Positions 26,035 through 38,559 of a stretch of DNA of 63,986 nt are shown one piece after another. Position 1 is the first letter of the stretch. Every line of letters begins with the position of its first letter. A program made the position numbers and the translations under genes. The DNA comes from Carcharhinus longimanus (lineage: Eukaryota), in contig JASCQW010000001.1 of assembly GCA_030264375.1 (NCBI GenBank), positions 105,831,918-105,895,903 of the forward strand. Reading direction: 5' to 3'. Under the pieces are notes generated by a model. That model was not told the DNA's origin and ran no database searches. It was given only the letters and a program-made list of their open reading frames with translations.

Positions 26035-26584
26035 CTGTCATAGGCATGCTGCAGTGAGGTACGCGCCTCTGTCATAGGCGTACTGCAGTGAGGTACGCGC
26101 CTCTGTCATAGGCGTACTGCAGTGAGGTATGCACCTCTGTCATTAGGCGTACTGTAGTGAAGGATGCGCCTCTGTCATAGGCGTACTGCAGTGAGGTACG
26201 TGCTTCTGTCATAGGCGTACTGTAGTGAAGGACGCGCCTCTGTCATAAGCGTACTGCAGTGAGGTACGCGCTTCTGTCATAGGCGTACTGCAGTGAGGTA
26301 CGCGCCTCTGTCATAGACGTACTGCAGTGAAGGACGCACCTCTGTCATGGGGGTACTGCAGTGAGGTATGCGGCTCTGTCATGGGGTACTGCAGTGAGGT
26401 ATGCGGCTCTGTCATAGGGGTACTGCAGTGAGGTACGCGCCTCTATCATAGGCGTTCTGCAGTGGGGGATGTGCCTCTGTCATAGATGTACTGCAGTGAG
26501 GGACATACCTCTGTCATAGGTGTACTGCAGTGAGGTACGTGCCTCTGTCATGGGGCTCCTGCAGTGAGGGATGCACCTCTGTCA
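26035..26584. repeat. Minisatellite, 34-bp unit x ~16 (ctgtcataggcgtactgcagtgaggtacgcgcct)
   Basis: Directly visible head-to-tail copies, with one 35-bp and one 33-bp variant and no spacers. Confidence 0.97.
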
Positions 26585-27089
26585 AGGCCTTCACTGAAAA
26601 GACCTTGAGTGTTAAATGGCATTTTTCTGCTTTGTCAGGTTAGGGGAATCAATCCTCTTTTTCTGTCACAAAGCCTCACCAATGATTCCACCCCTCTATT
26701 TGACAATTATCTCAGGATAAACCATGGAATCCCGACAGTGCACAAGTAGGCTGTTCAACCCATGAATTCTGTACCAATTCTCAAAGTGCATCCCACCCCT
26801 TCACCCTGTCCTCGTAACCCATTGAATTTCTTGGTGGCTGACACATTGATGTCTCTAGTTATGACTTTCTCCATACTGGAAAACTTTCTCTCCATAATCT
26901 CAAACTTCTATTGGGAGGTTAGGATTCACAGAATAATGAGGTTATGAAAAATGGCACATTCAAATGTTTTTTCTTTCTGATTCTCTAATCTTTCCAATCA
27001 TCTTCACCATTTGTTTTACCAAGATATATCAGATGATAATTCCAGCAGCAGAATTGAATGTTTGTAACTAAACATAGGTGAGTGCTATG

Positions 27090-27410
27090 TGTACCAGTTA
27101 CAAGATGCATCATAACAACTCATCCAGGTTCCTTTGATGGCACCATCCAAACATAGAACCTCTACCAGCTAGAAAGACAAGGGCGGCAGTTACAAAGGAA
27201 CACCACAATCTGGAAGTTCCCTTTCAAGCCACACATCATCTTGACTTGAAACTATATCACCATTCCTTCTCTGTCACTGGATCAAAATCCTGGAACTCCT
27301 ATCCTAACAACACTGTGGGTATACCTACAGTTCAAGAAGGCAGCTCACTACTACCTTCTCTAAGGCACTTATAGATTAGCTGATCTTGTCTGCAATGCTC
27401 ATAAAGCATT
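27090..27410 (+). mobile_element. L2/CR1-group LINE 3' end
   Basis: ggatcaaaatcctggaactcctatcctaacaacactgtgggt...gttcaagaaggcagctcac, the same family as 38560-39050. Confidence 0.7.
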
Positions 27411-28384
27411 TTTAAAAAGATCCCAATGTCTAATGTTGAATATATAAAAGGAGTATTCATTCCAACTTTAAAACTGAGTAGTGACATTCATGGCATATAT
27501 TTTTTAACAACATTGTCAAGAAAATGGGTTACATTTGAAACTTAAGCTCCAACACAGGACATCTGCCAATTTGTTCAGAAACATCATTACAGATATCAGT
27601 GGCTGGTTTGGTTGAGTGTTATATTTTGAGCACATGTTCTTCGTAATGTTAATTCCACTTATTAGTCCCTTTAAGATAGTTTATTCTTTCAGACGGTTAT
27701 AGTATGATATGATGCTTTCGAAGTCCCTGGAATGAGTAGTCCTAAAAACCAACATGATATGGCACAATAATGGAGTATGTCCAGCTAATAACATGTAGTT
27801 AACCAGCAGAGGGCAGTGATAAGCTTCTACCTGTTGGCCAATTAGAACTGTCCCATTCATGAGGTCAAGAGTGTGAAATTGTTGCATGGCCCAAATGTTG
27901 CTCCTAATTTCTGACAATCTGCTTCTTGAAGCGTTGTTACTTCATTTTAATGCACATTTTATTTGCTTGATTATTGTATTTAAGATTGAGCTTGGAGGTT
28001 GAACAAGTTTGTTTCAACACTATTGACACACAGGAGGATAATTCCCAATAAGAATATCAAGATCGAACATAATGAGCAGCTTGAAGCATATGCAAAGTAA
28101 TAGAAACATGTAATTAAAGCTACATATATCACTCTGAAAGCCCCATGGTGTACACCTACGCAGGCAAAAATCTTCGACACTTCCGAATTAAAGAATTGGC
28201 TTGCAGATTATCTTGAGCTAAGTGAGAAACTAAGTGCTCTAAGTACTACCAAGTGCCAATTGCTACCAAGTGCTCTAACCTCTGAGATCGGATAGTGTGA
28301 CTGATGGGTTTTTAAACTGTACCTTGAGTAGCTCAGGAATTAGATCAATTTATTTAATCAAACGACGTGTGTTTCACTGACTAA

Positions 28385-29300
28385 CCTATCATTTATTGCC
28401 CATCTTCAATTGGCCTTGAGAATGAATTGATGAGCTGCCTTTTGAACTGTTATTGCCCAAGAGGTGTAGGCACACCTGCAGTGCTGTTAGGGAAGGAGTT
28501 CCAGGATTTTAACCCAGCAAAGTGATGGAATGTTGATATATTTCCAAGTCAGGATGGTGACTGGCTTAGAGAGTGACCTCTAGGTGGTGGTGGTGCTCCC
28601 AAGTGCCTGGTATCCTTATCCTTCTAGATGGTAGTGGTCATGGATTTTGAAAATGCTCCCTTAGAAGTCTTGGTGTGTTCCTGCAGTGCATCTTGTAGCT
28701 GGTACACACTGCTTCATCTGTGCATTGGTGTTGGAGGAAGTGAGTGAATGTTTGTGGAAAGAGTGCCAATCTGCTTTATCCTGGTTGGTGTCAAGCTTTT
28801 TGAGTTTTATTAGAACTCCACTCATCCAGGCAAGTGGAGAGTATTCCATCATACTCCAGGCTTGTGCCTTGTAAATAGTGGACAGGTTTTGGGAAATCCG
28901 GAGATGAGTTGCTCACCACAGGATTCCTAGCCTGTGACCTGGTTTTGTAGCTGTCAAATTTATATGGCTAGTCCAGTTTAGTTTCTGGTCAACTGTAAAC
29001 CCCAGAGTGTCGATAGTGGGGATTCAGTGATGGTAATGTCATTGTATGTCAAAGGGGCGGTGGTTCGATTCTCTCTTGATAGAGATTGCCTGAAACGTGT
29101 GTGGTGTGAATGTTACTTGCCACTTGTCAGCTTAGGCCTGAATATTGTTCAGGTCTTGTGGCATTTGGACATGAACTGCTTCAATGTTTGAGGTGTTGTG
29201 ATGGTGCTGAACATTGTGTAATCATCAGTAAACATCCAACATCTGACCTTACGATGGAAGGAAGGTCATTGATGAAGCAAATGAAAATGGTTAGGCCCCA
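28385..29300 (-). mobile_element. L2/CR1-group LINE 3' portion
   Basis: ORFs 28661-28852 (MEYSPLAWMS...KLDTNQDKA) and 29181-29396 (TIFICFINDLPSIVRSDVG) are RT-related. Confidence 0.8.
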
Positions 29301-32300
29301 GCCTCCTATGGAGAACAATTCTTTTATCACCAGGCATTCTGGAGAGCTGTTCACCCTGTTCATTTTCAGTTTAACATCTTTCATCCAAGTTGTCACTAAA
29401 TGGTCATCTCACCTGATTGTCACACTGAGATTGCAGTCTCTCAATATATTAATGACCCTGCCTTTGGGATTTGGGACAGAGCCATCAGGAGGCCAAAGCA
29501 AGAATGGAAATTCAATCCTTCACTTCTGGTAGTGCAATGGAATTAACTGATAACTCCAGATTCTTACATAGAGGGCTTTGGTACAGAGGCACGTTTGCAG
29601 TGAAATGATCAGTGTGCACTGTCTAAGATTCCGATATCTGCTAAACAACTGAAGAAAGATGCATTTAGATACAACTGGCATTCATAACATGGGTGTGATT
29701 GTTGACCAGAATGTACTTGCAGTGAAAACTGGGACCTACTCAATATTAGTTAATGAGTTTAGTCCTTGATTTGTGGAATTCATGTTTTTCTTCTTATGGG
29801 GACATTTGGACATTTTCCCATCCGCCATGGGAATCAGTGGGGGTGTTGTGTTGGAAGGTGAGGTGGGGGGTGGGGGGGGGGTGCCGCAGGCAAACCATGA
29901 CGGNNNNNNNNNNNNNNNNNNNNNNNNNNNNNNNNNNNNNNNNNNNNNNNNNNNNNNNNNNNNNNNNNNNNNNNNNNNNNNNNNNNNNNNNNNNNNNNNN
30001 NNNNNNNNNNNNNNNNNNNNNNNNNNNNNNNNNNNNNNNNNNNNNNNNNNNNNNNNNNNNNNNNNNNNNNNNNNNNNNNNNNNNNNNNNNNNNNNNNNNN
30101 NNNNNNNNNNNNNNNNNNNNNNNNNNNNNNNNNNNNNNNNNNNNNNNNNNNNNNNNNNNNNNNNNNNNNNNNNNNNNNNNNNNNNNNNNNNNNNNNNNNN
30201 NNNNNNNNNNNNNNNNNNNNNNNNNNNNNNNNNNNNNNNNNNNNNNNNNNNNNNNNNNNNNNNNNNNNNNNNNNNNNNNNNNNNNNNNNNNNNNNNNNNN
30301 NNNNNNNNNNNCATCCAGACTCAAAAGGTTGGCTCTATTCTCTCTCCACAGATGCTGTCAGACCTGCTGAGATTTTCCAGCATTTTGTGTTTTTGCATCA
30401 TTTATTGTTCACTGTTCTCTCTAAACTGTACAGGAGCTCAGCCACAGAACATTTTGAATGTTCTCCTTGAAATGGATGCATGTGGGACTGAGCAGTGCAA
30501 CAAGCATGCTATTCAGAGCAAACAGATTAGAGAGAACATTGTCACTGACCACACAATCAACAGTCTCTACTCTACCTTTTGTGGTAAGGATGAAAAGTCC
30601 CCTTGAATCTTTCTAGGACATTACTTGATAAAGAATTAGACAGATTAATACCATATAACAATGTTCAGAATGTTTATTGGGTAGAAATCCGTTGGCACCT
30701 GATTTCAGATATAGCCATCATGAGTGTCAGAGCAGGGATACCTGAGGCCTGAAGTATTGGATGGAATTCAATTCCCACACCAGATGAGGCCTAGCTCTTT
30801 AAACGGATCAAATTCCCATACCACCAGGGCCCTGTTGGACCTCAAAGGGCTTCAACTCAGAGCTCCAAAAATGCAGCCTGGGCCTATGGTAGTACTAGCA
30901 GTGCCATGTGATTGAATAACCTGCAGAACAGGGCTTTGGCCACCAAGGGAATTTGGAACCAGTGACTACAAGAGCATTTCAGTCCATAATACATAAACAG
31001 ACTGAATTCACATGGAATCTTTCCGTTCCCTTTCCGAGATACAAATAATCCATTTTGTATGTTCCTTTAATGGCTAACAATCTTTTGCTATCCTTGGAGT
31101 GGGACTGCTTATTTTTTCTATGGTAATCTTTATTCAGGGGTTCAATAGCAGTAGGTTCTATTCAATGGAGGTGACATCATTTGGTTTATTTTCCAGTTAT
31201 CTTTTTGTATTTCTCATCAATTAAGTTTTTAATTTCTTTAATGGAATAGCCTTCATTTGAGTGGCTGATTCTCATCCTGTGTATACCTTTGTTTTGGACT
31301 AATATGTTGCATTGTCATTCAGAATTATTTTTCTTCGGTGGGCTAACATTCTTGCTCCCCTGTACCCTTTGGTCTCCATTATCTGAATGCTAGTTTCTAC
31401 GGGTTTGACCGTTTCCTATAACTTATTTGCCATGGATGAGACCATTAAGGTCTTGTGACAGAGTTTGAGTGTGTTACTGATTCCCTCATTTCGTTTATAT
31501 TGCTGCTTTTCATAGGAAGGTAGCCTGTGGAGTAGATATCAAGATATCAACTTAGATGTGAGTTCAATTTTGTTTCTCTCTTTCAGAGATACTACTAAGG
31601 TGAATATCAAGTTTTGGGTCTTTTTCAAGATCAGGTAACTAGAGGCTGTGTCCAAAGATGAATACCAACCTTATTTTGTCCTTCAGCAGTAGACGACAAT
31701 GAAACATTCAGACAAATTCTGCATCGTCCTTAGTTGGACTATTTCTCTAGTTGCAAAATATATTCGGTATAACCTATCATAGAAATCAGATCTTTCCCTA
31801 TTAATTGCTTCATTTTATGCATGGTCAGCTATAATGTCATCTATATCATGGAATGTATCATCTTTCTGTTTTAGTCACTATGTCATGATAGCTCTGCCAG
31901 CTACAGAAGGCAGTTCTTACCCTGACTGAACCTCAGGGATCATGAGAAGCAGGAAGTGAATTCTATCCTCCACCCTATCATTATTCTTAACCAATTTAGG
32001 TGAGTGTTAACAGTTGTTAAATTTTCCAGAGGATAATTGTTGAATTTTTGTAGATTAAGTCAGACTGTTCGCAATCTCGGTTTAACCCAGAGATGAGCTT
32101 CCAAATATCTGTGCCACAACTAAGTTTGTCTTTTTCCAACTCCGTAACATTGCCTGACTCCACCCCTACTTCAGATCATCTGCTGTTAAAATGCTCATTC
32201 ACATCTTTGTTACTGCTAGCTTTGACTATTCTAGCACACTCTTGTCTAGCACCCCACACGCTGCCTTCTGTAACTCCTTAAAATCTATCTCTTTGACAAG

Positions 32301-33494
32301 ATTTTGGCCATCTCCTTTAATATAGTGAATTACTTTGATTTATAATGTTTGTGAAGTGACATGGGATATTTTCTTACATTGAAGTTACTATATAAATATG
32401 TTTTTGTCATTGTAAACTAATGCAGCATTGCAATAGTTTTAATCAGATGATCCTGTTTCTGATCTCTGGAATCCCTTTGTTCCAGTTCTAGGTTTTTTTG
32501 TAAATAAGCTTGGATACCATCCAACTCTCAAGCTTTTGAGATCTTAATTCTTTCTAACATTTCCGTGTGCTGTTTTGTTAACTTCAGCCTAGTGGTCACA
32601 CTGTAATCTAGCTCAAATTGAGTTATTACTGCGGATACATGTGGATTACTTTTACATTCTGCTCTCTGCTCAACTAGTCTTTGCCTCTCCTGTGAGCATA
32701 TTTTCAGAACTAAAAGTTAAGATTCATTTTAGGCTAATTGTGGCCTTAACTTCTTTCTGGTTCACTTATTGGATGAAATCCAGTTCATTTTGACTTAATG
32801 GTTGTGTAAACTTTCCCTCTTAAGGCATTTTCTTCCAAGACTAGTTTTGTTTACATACCAGCTTTCCCTGTGCCAACTGTTGTTTAAACTCTGTTAGCTC
32901 AACTCTGAACCTTTGAGTTAACATTAATGTAACAAGGGGAAAGGTAACAGCTAAAGTTGATCACTTTCAGACCTTTCTATTGGAATTCCACTTTAGCTAT
33001 GTGAAGTGAGGTTGTGTAATACCTGGGGAAGCCCTCCATACCATGAGTGGTTCAGGCTTTGAGTTTTTTAAAGATTTGTTTTAACTCTTGTTCAATGCTT
33101 TAAGGTCCTTTGGGTATCAGATTGTATTTGCTGTAAAAGTACTGACTGTTCTTGTAGCTGTTATTCTAATGCTGATATTCTAACAGAGGAATCTATAACT
33201 TTGATGTCTGTGTGGTGATATTTTCTGTTGCATTAAGACTGAAAATTTCTAAGGGACTTCTCTGATCTGAAGGGCTCTTAATGTGTTTCATTGGATTATT
33301 TTTGCCACATATGGGGTGTTTGGGGTGAATGATGGGAGTCTTGTGGAGGTGAATTGGGGAGTGGGGTGACCCTTGGATGTGTATTAATGGAGGAATGGAG
33401 GTGTCCTGTGAGGGGCTGTCAGTGGGGCCTCCCATTGGGGTCACTAACTATTCCCTCTCATCTGAGTCATTATATGATGTTATAATGAATGATA

Positions 33495-33860
33495 ACTCTG
33501 AGTCAATTGGTAAACCCTTACCTATGAGTCAGAAGTTGTGGGTTCAAATCCTGCTCCAGAGACTGCAGTGCCAAGAAATCTTGGCTGATATTCTTACCCG
33601 AGGGGCGGGTTCGATCTTTCAGACGAGACATTAAACTGAGTTTTCAGTTGAATGCACAAGATTTTATAGAAGGACAACAGGGATATTATTGCTACTATCC
33701 TGGCTAATATTAGTTAAAAAAACGGTCTTTATCAATAGCTGCATGTTTGCTACAATGTTTCCCACATTACAACAGTATCTATGCTTCAAAAGTATTTCAT
33801 GGCTGTAGAGCCCTGGGCATCCTGTGGCTGTGGAAGGTGGTATAAACATGCAAGTCTTTT
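33495..33860 (+). mobile_element. Deu-domain (AmnSINE/SacSINE-like) SINE relic
   Basis: gagtcagaagttgtgggttcaaatcctgctccagagact...ctttcagacgagacattaaactgag...ttcccacattacaacagt and an L2-like tail ending ataaacatgcaagtc. Confidence 0.7.
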
Positions 33861-34079
33861 TTTTGATAATTTGGAAATGTACATCAGAATGATCAATACA
33901 TACCCTAGCAGTAAAGATCTTAGTGTAGAATTGAAAATTAAGATCATAGGCAAGTTTTGTACATCCTAATGTAGAAATTCAATCTTTCAGGTCTTGTGGG
34001 GTCAGTTTTTTCACAACTTTCCACGTCAACAGCATAGAAAATTTACAACAAAACAAGCTAATGATTAGTATCAACGTTA

Positions 34080-34615
34080 ATGTTAACCCAAGCACAGGAA
34101 GTGATATCACGCTGATGTTTCAAAACAGCAGTCCATCTGTCACGATCCAGCAATATCCTCTTTTGCACTCACTCAGTGCAGCATCTGGTTTACTGGAGAG
34201 CGTCGGGGACACACCCAGTTGCAGTTTATCCCACCCCCAACCAAGCAGAATGAACTTAACGCAAGTTGCATTTGATGTGCTGGCTGATATTTTGTCGAGA
34301 GCAATGCTGGAAGCTGGGTGGACGATTGATGTTTATGTAATTCCGCCCCTGGCGAAGCGCCGTCCTCCTTTGGGAAGTTAAGGCATGAACTGAACGAGAG
34401 ACTTTGTGGCAGCGGCAGAGAGACCTTTTCCACAGCTGTAACGTGCACTTTTTTAAAAAAAACGGAATCATCTTGTTTTGTTTCCAAGCTGCCTGTTGTC
34501 GGGAGGTCGTTTTACTTTTTATTTGTGACAGTTTGAAGGTTGGCAGCAGCTTTCTCTGCTCCTTGTTCCCGGTTGTAGTCCTCTGGAGCTCTGCAAGTTG
34601 TTTAATTAAACGATA
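34080..34615 (+). promoter_or_regulatory. Putative ANTXR2 promoter and 5' UTR
   Basis: Repeat-free, locally CpG-rich stretch directly upstream of the ATG. Contains an ETS-like ACAGGAAGT (~34093) and a GC box CCGCCC (~34343). Confidence 0.6.
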
Positions 34616-34779
34616 ATGAGGCTGTGGCGGACTGTTACTGTTTCCAACAGAATCTGCCCCGGAACCCGGACTTTCATGGTCTTTGTGTCAGCCTTTCTGA
34701 TCTTGAAGGGACCGGGAACTGTTCAGAGTGAAGAGAAATCTTGTCATGGGGCATTTGATCTCTATGTTGTCCTTGACAG
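34616..34779 (+). CDS. ANTXR2: Anthrax toxin receptor 2 (CMG2)-like, coding exon 1: signal peptide and start of vWA domain
   Basis: ATG at 34616 with in-frame TAA upstream (34607-34609). Reads MRLWRTVTVSNRICPGTRTFMVFVSAFLILKGPGTVQSEEKSCHGAFDLYVVLD(R). The SC..AFDLY.VLD motif is typical of ANTXRs and GPG in the leader resembles human CMG2. Donor AG|GTAAGA, phase 2. A second Met at 34676 is an alternative start. Confidence 0.9.
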
Positions 34780-35094
34780 GTAAGAATCGGAGCAGGCAAT
34801 ATTAAAGCAAAATACTGCGGATGCTTTAGACCTGCAGTAAATCAGAAACAGTTTCTCTGCCGAAACCACCTCTGTCAGAAGTTAACTTGCACTGAAATCA
34901 ATTGTGAACATTGATGGATCGGATGGTGGCGAGAAAGAAGATTTAAGCATGATATCCACTGTGACAAGAAGGATGATCTCTCTGCTTTGAAATAAACTTT
35001 GACTTATTGATTCATACTGGTGGGCAGAACGAGCTCAACACGTTTTCTCTTTGCTAGAACTTTTTGTTTTGACTGAACACTCTTGATTTTACAG

Positions 35095-35166
35095 GTCGGG
35101 GAGTGTTGCCGACAACTGGGGCGAGATCTATGACTTTGTGGAGGCGCTGGTCAAGCGATTTGTAAG
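35095..35166 (+). CDS. ANTXR2: ANTXR2 coding exon 2 (72 bp), completes the MIDAS DxSxS motif
   Basis: Acceptor ttttacAG. Reads (R)SGSVADNWGEIYDFVEALVKRFV(S), compared with human CMG2 [24 protein letters not shown]. Donor AG|GTAACA. Confidence 0.95.
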
Positions 35167-35359
35167 GTAACACAGCTTCGCCAAACTCGGTGAATTAAGA
35201 AGAGTATCTTTGACTTGTTTCACCACCGCATGGGGGAAGTAAGGGGTAAAAGTAACTGAGTAATCTCAGAGAGCTTTGGGGAAGAATGATTTCTGTTGCA
35301 CAAATGGACATTTGAGATGACTTTTTTTTTGATCGCAGTGTCTTGTTTTAATTTTGCAG

Positions 35360-35431
35360 TCCCCAGATGAGATTGTCTTTCATTGTGTTTTCATCGCGAG
35401 CAGAGGTGAAGATGCCAATCACCGGTGACAG
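35360..35431 (+). CDS. ANTXR2: ANTXR2 coding exon 3 (72 bp)
   Basis: Acceptor ttttgcAG. Reads [23 protein letters not shown](R), compared with CMG2 [24 protein letters not shown]. Donor AG|GTCTGT. Confidence 0.95.
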
Positions 35432-35529
35432 GTCTGTTCACAAAGCTTTATTTTTCATTTACTCTAATGGAAATACAAAACTGCTGTCAGCAAGCCACTT
35501 TCTAACACTCCGTCCTTGCAAACTATACC

Positions 35530-37032
35530 TACCCTGATTTCGTGTTGAATATGAATGAAACTGGACAGACCTAGGCACTAGAAAAGACTACGACAAACTC
35601 AGGCCTGCCAAGCCTGCAAAGTCCTCTTTACTAACAGCTGAGGGATAGTGCCAAAATTGGGAGAAAACTCCCTCATAGACTGGCCAAGTAATAGCCACTG
35701 ATTACATCAGGCTGTTACTTAGCCAGTCTGTGTGACAGCTCTCCCAATTTTGGCCTATCAGCAGCCTGGTGTAGTCATACTCACAGAATCATAACTTACA
35801 GCCAATGTCCCAGTCACTATCACTATCCCTGGGTATGTCTTGCCCCACCGACAGATCAGACCCAGCAGGAGATGGAAGCACAGTTGGGAGGGAGTTGCCC
35901 TGGGAGTCCATAACATTGACTCTGGATCCCATGAAGTCTTATAGCATCAGATCAAACATGGGCAAGGAAACCCCTGCTGATCACCATGTGTCATCCCCTG
36001 TCAGCTGTGAATCAGTACTCCTGCACGTTTAAACCCCCCTTGGCAGAAGCTCTGAGAACAGTAAGGGCACAGAATACACTCTGGGTGGAGGACTTCAATG
36101 TCCATCAAGTGTGGCTAGGTAGTAACAGATCGAGCTGGCTGAGTGCTAAAGGACATAGCTGCTAAACTGGCAGGCAGTGAGGGAGAGATGCACTTGACCT
36201 CACCCTTACCAACCTGTCTGCTGCAGATGCATCTGTTCTTATGGAGACATTGAAGATATCCTCATTGTGTTGTGTGGACCTACCACCGTGCTAAATGGGA
36301 TAGACTTCAAACAGATTGAGCAAATCGGGACTGAGCAGCTATGAGGTGCTGTGGGCCATCAGCGGTAGCAGAATTACTCAACAACAATCTGTAACCTCCT
36401 GGCCCAGCATATCCCCACTCTACCATTATCACCAGGCGATCAACCCTGTTTTAACGAAGAGTTCAGGAGGACATGCCATGAGCAGCACCAGGCATATTTA
36501 AAAATGAGGTGTCAACATGATAAAGCAGCAACAAAGGACTGCTTGCATGCCAAAGAGCATAAGCAGCAAGTGATAGAACGAGCGAAATGAATGCATAAGC
36601 AGTGGATCAGATTTAAGCTCTAATCCTACTACATCTAGGCATGAACGGTTGTGGTTATTGGGAGGTGAATCATCTCAATTCCAGGACATCATTGCAGGAG
36701 TTCCTCAAGGTTGTTTCCTAGGCCCAACTGTCTATAGCTACTTTATCTATGTCCTCCTTTCCATCATAAGGCCAGAAATGGAGGTGTTCACAGATGATTT
36801 CACAATGTTTTGAATTATTGTGATTCCTCTGACACTGAAGCAGTCCATTTCCAAATGCAGCAGGACCTTGGCTAAGTAGTATCAGATAACATTTGCACCA
36901 GACAATGACCATCTCCAACAAAAGAGAATTTAACCTTTGCTCATTGAAATGCAAAGGCATTCCTATTGCTGTATCTCCCCCATCAACATCCTGAGTATGA
37001 CCATTGACCAGAAATTTAACTAGACTAACCAC
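35530..37032 (+). mobile_element. L2/CR1-group LINE relic in ANTXR2 intron 3, internally deleted
   Basis: Endonuclease WVGDFNVH-like segment (tgggtggaggacttcaatgtccatc) and RT GVPQG..LGP segment (ggagttcctcaaggttgtttcctaggccca). Confidence 0.8.
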
Positions 37033-37045
37033 ATAAAAGTTTTAA

Positions 37046-37330
37046 AGTTTATTTATTAGTATCATAAGTTGGCTTACATTATAACACTACAATGAGGTTA
37101 CTGTGACAATCCCCTAGTCGCCAAGCTCTGGCATCTGTTTGGGTACATTGAGGGAGAATTTTGCATGGCCAATGCATTTAACCAGCATGTCTTTTGGATT
37201 GTGGGAGGAAACCGGAGAACCCGGAGGAAACCCACGCAGACACAGGGAGAACATGCAGACTCCACACAGTCACCCAAGGCCGGAATCAAACCTGGGTCCC
37301 TGATGCTGTGAGGCTGTAGAGCTAACCGGT
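37046..37330 (-). mobile_element. HE1/V-SINE family copy, alternative-tail variant
   Basis: Well-preserved V-domain gtgggaggaaaccggagaacccggaggaaacccacgcagacacagggagaacatgcagactcc. Confidence 0.9.
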
Positions 37331-37584
37331 CCTTTTAAGTATGTCTCCACAAGTAGTTTGCTTTTTCTATCTGGATAACAAATGTTGTGATTGTGTTGAT
37401 CACTGAGGCAGTGTTAAACTCTGCAGGGATCACATGCTAACAATCTGACACTTTGACTATGAAAGCCCATAATTGTAAATCTAAATCTTGTCACAGCAGC
37501 TGTGATTTGGAAAGTTACTGATTTACTCTCCCTGCCCTTTATATCAGCAGGGTATAATTTAAAACAAGAACCTTCCTGATTAAG

Positions 37585-38465
37585 GAAAGAAAGACTTTCA
37601 TTTATATAGCACCTTTCATGACCTCAGGACGTGCAAAGTGTTTTACAGCCAATAAAGGAGCTTTGAAATATGGCGATTGTTGTATTGCAGGGATTGCGGC
37701 TGCCAACCGGCACTCAGCGAGCTCCCACAAACAGCAATGTGATGATAACCAAGCTATTTTTGTAATATCGGTTGTGGGGTTATAATTGACCCAATTCTCT
37801 TTGAATAGCGCCTTGGGATCTTTCACATCCACCTGGGAGAGCAAATGGTTTGAAATCTCATTTGAAAGCTGGCACCTTTAATGACCTTAACAAGGCCCAT
37901 GAGGTGGGCTTCTTGGATGATGAGCTCCCTGATTGAGATGGTATACGGGCACCATTAATGTCTTCCGTGCTCGCTGGGCACCGCAGGGACTAGGGTGTAT
38001 TATTGACCTCTTTAGTCACATTTTAATTTGATGTTTTACGTTTCCTTTCCTGCTTTGTTTTTTGTCTCGGGCGGTCCCCCTCCTTTTGGGAGCCACCCCT
38101 TTTGAGTTGTCCCTAAGTTAATTTGATTTAGTTGACTTGGTTAGGCATCCAGAGGTGTCCCTGACTGAGGGAGTGATTGCTGGCCTAATCAGGGAGCTTT
38201 GCCTATAATAAGGAGTTGTCAGGACTACTGATACTCTAGTTCTGAGGTTGTATCTGAAACACACAGGAGAGTCTATAAATAAAGGGAATCTGGTGAAGGG
38301 ACACCGGCCTCTGATGGGTTATTTCAGCACCTCTGACAGTGCAGCCTTCCTTCAGTACTAACTTGGAGTATTCGCCTAGATTATGTGTTCAGAGTACTGG
38401 GGTGGGACTCTTGACTTTCTGACTCAGAAGTTAGAACATTATCCAGTTATCTTACGCTGACACTT
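37585..38465 (-). mobile_element. Deu-domain SINE split by a solo LTR
   Basis: Tail agactttcatttatatagcacctttcatgacctcaggacg...gaaagctggcacc resumes after the insert as tctgacagtgcagccttccttcagtact...ttctgactcaga. Confidence 0.8.
37877..38326 (+). mobile_element. Solo LTR (450 bp)
   Basis: 5-bp TSD GCACC at 37872-37876 and 38327-38331. Ends are tttaat...atttca (decayed TG...CA). TATA-like ctataataa at ~38204 and AATAAA at ~38278. Confidence 0.8.
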
Positions 38466-38559
38466 TATGTTGTATGTTATTTCTGTGGCTACAGGAGCAG
38501 GTCAGAGGTTAGGAATCCTGCATTGAGTAACTTGCCTGCTGATTTCTCTAAGTCTGCCC

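Noticed and set aside
26035-26584. CRISPR-like array (34-bp periodicity)
   Set aside because: Units are contiguous with no unique spacers, the context is vertebrate and there are no cas genes. It is a minisatellite.
29736-30606. Long ORFs in the track (also 13278-13832, 20797-21385 and 1853-2404)
   Set aside because: Their length comes from reading through N runs.
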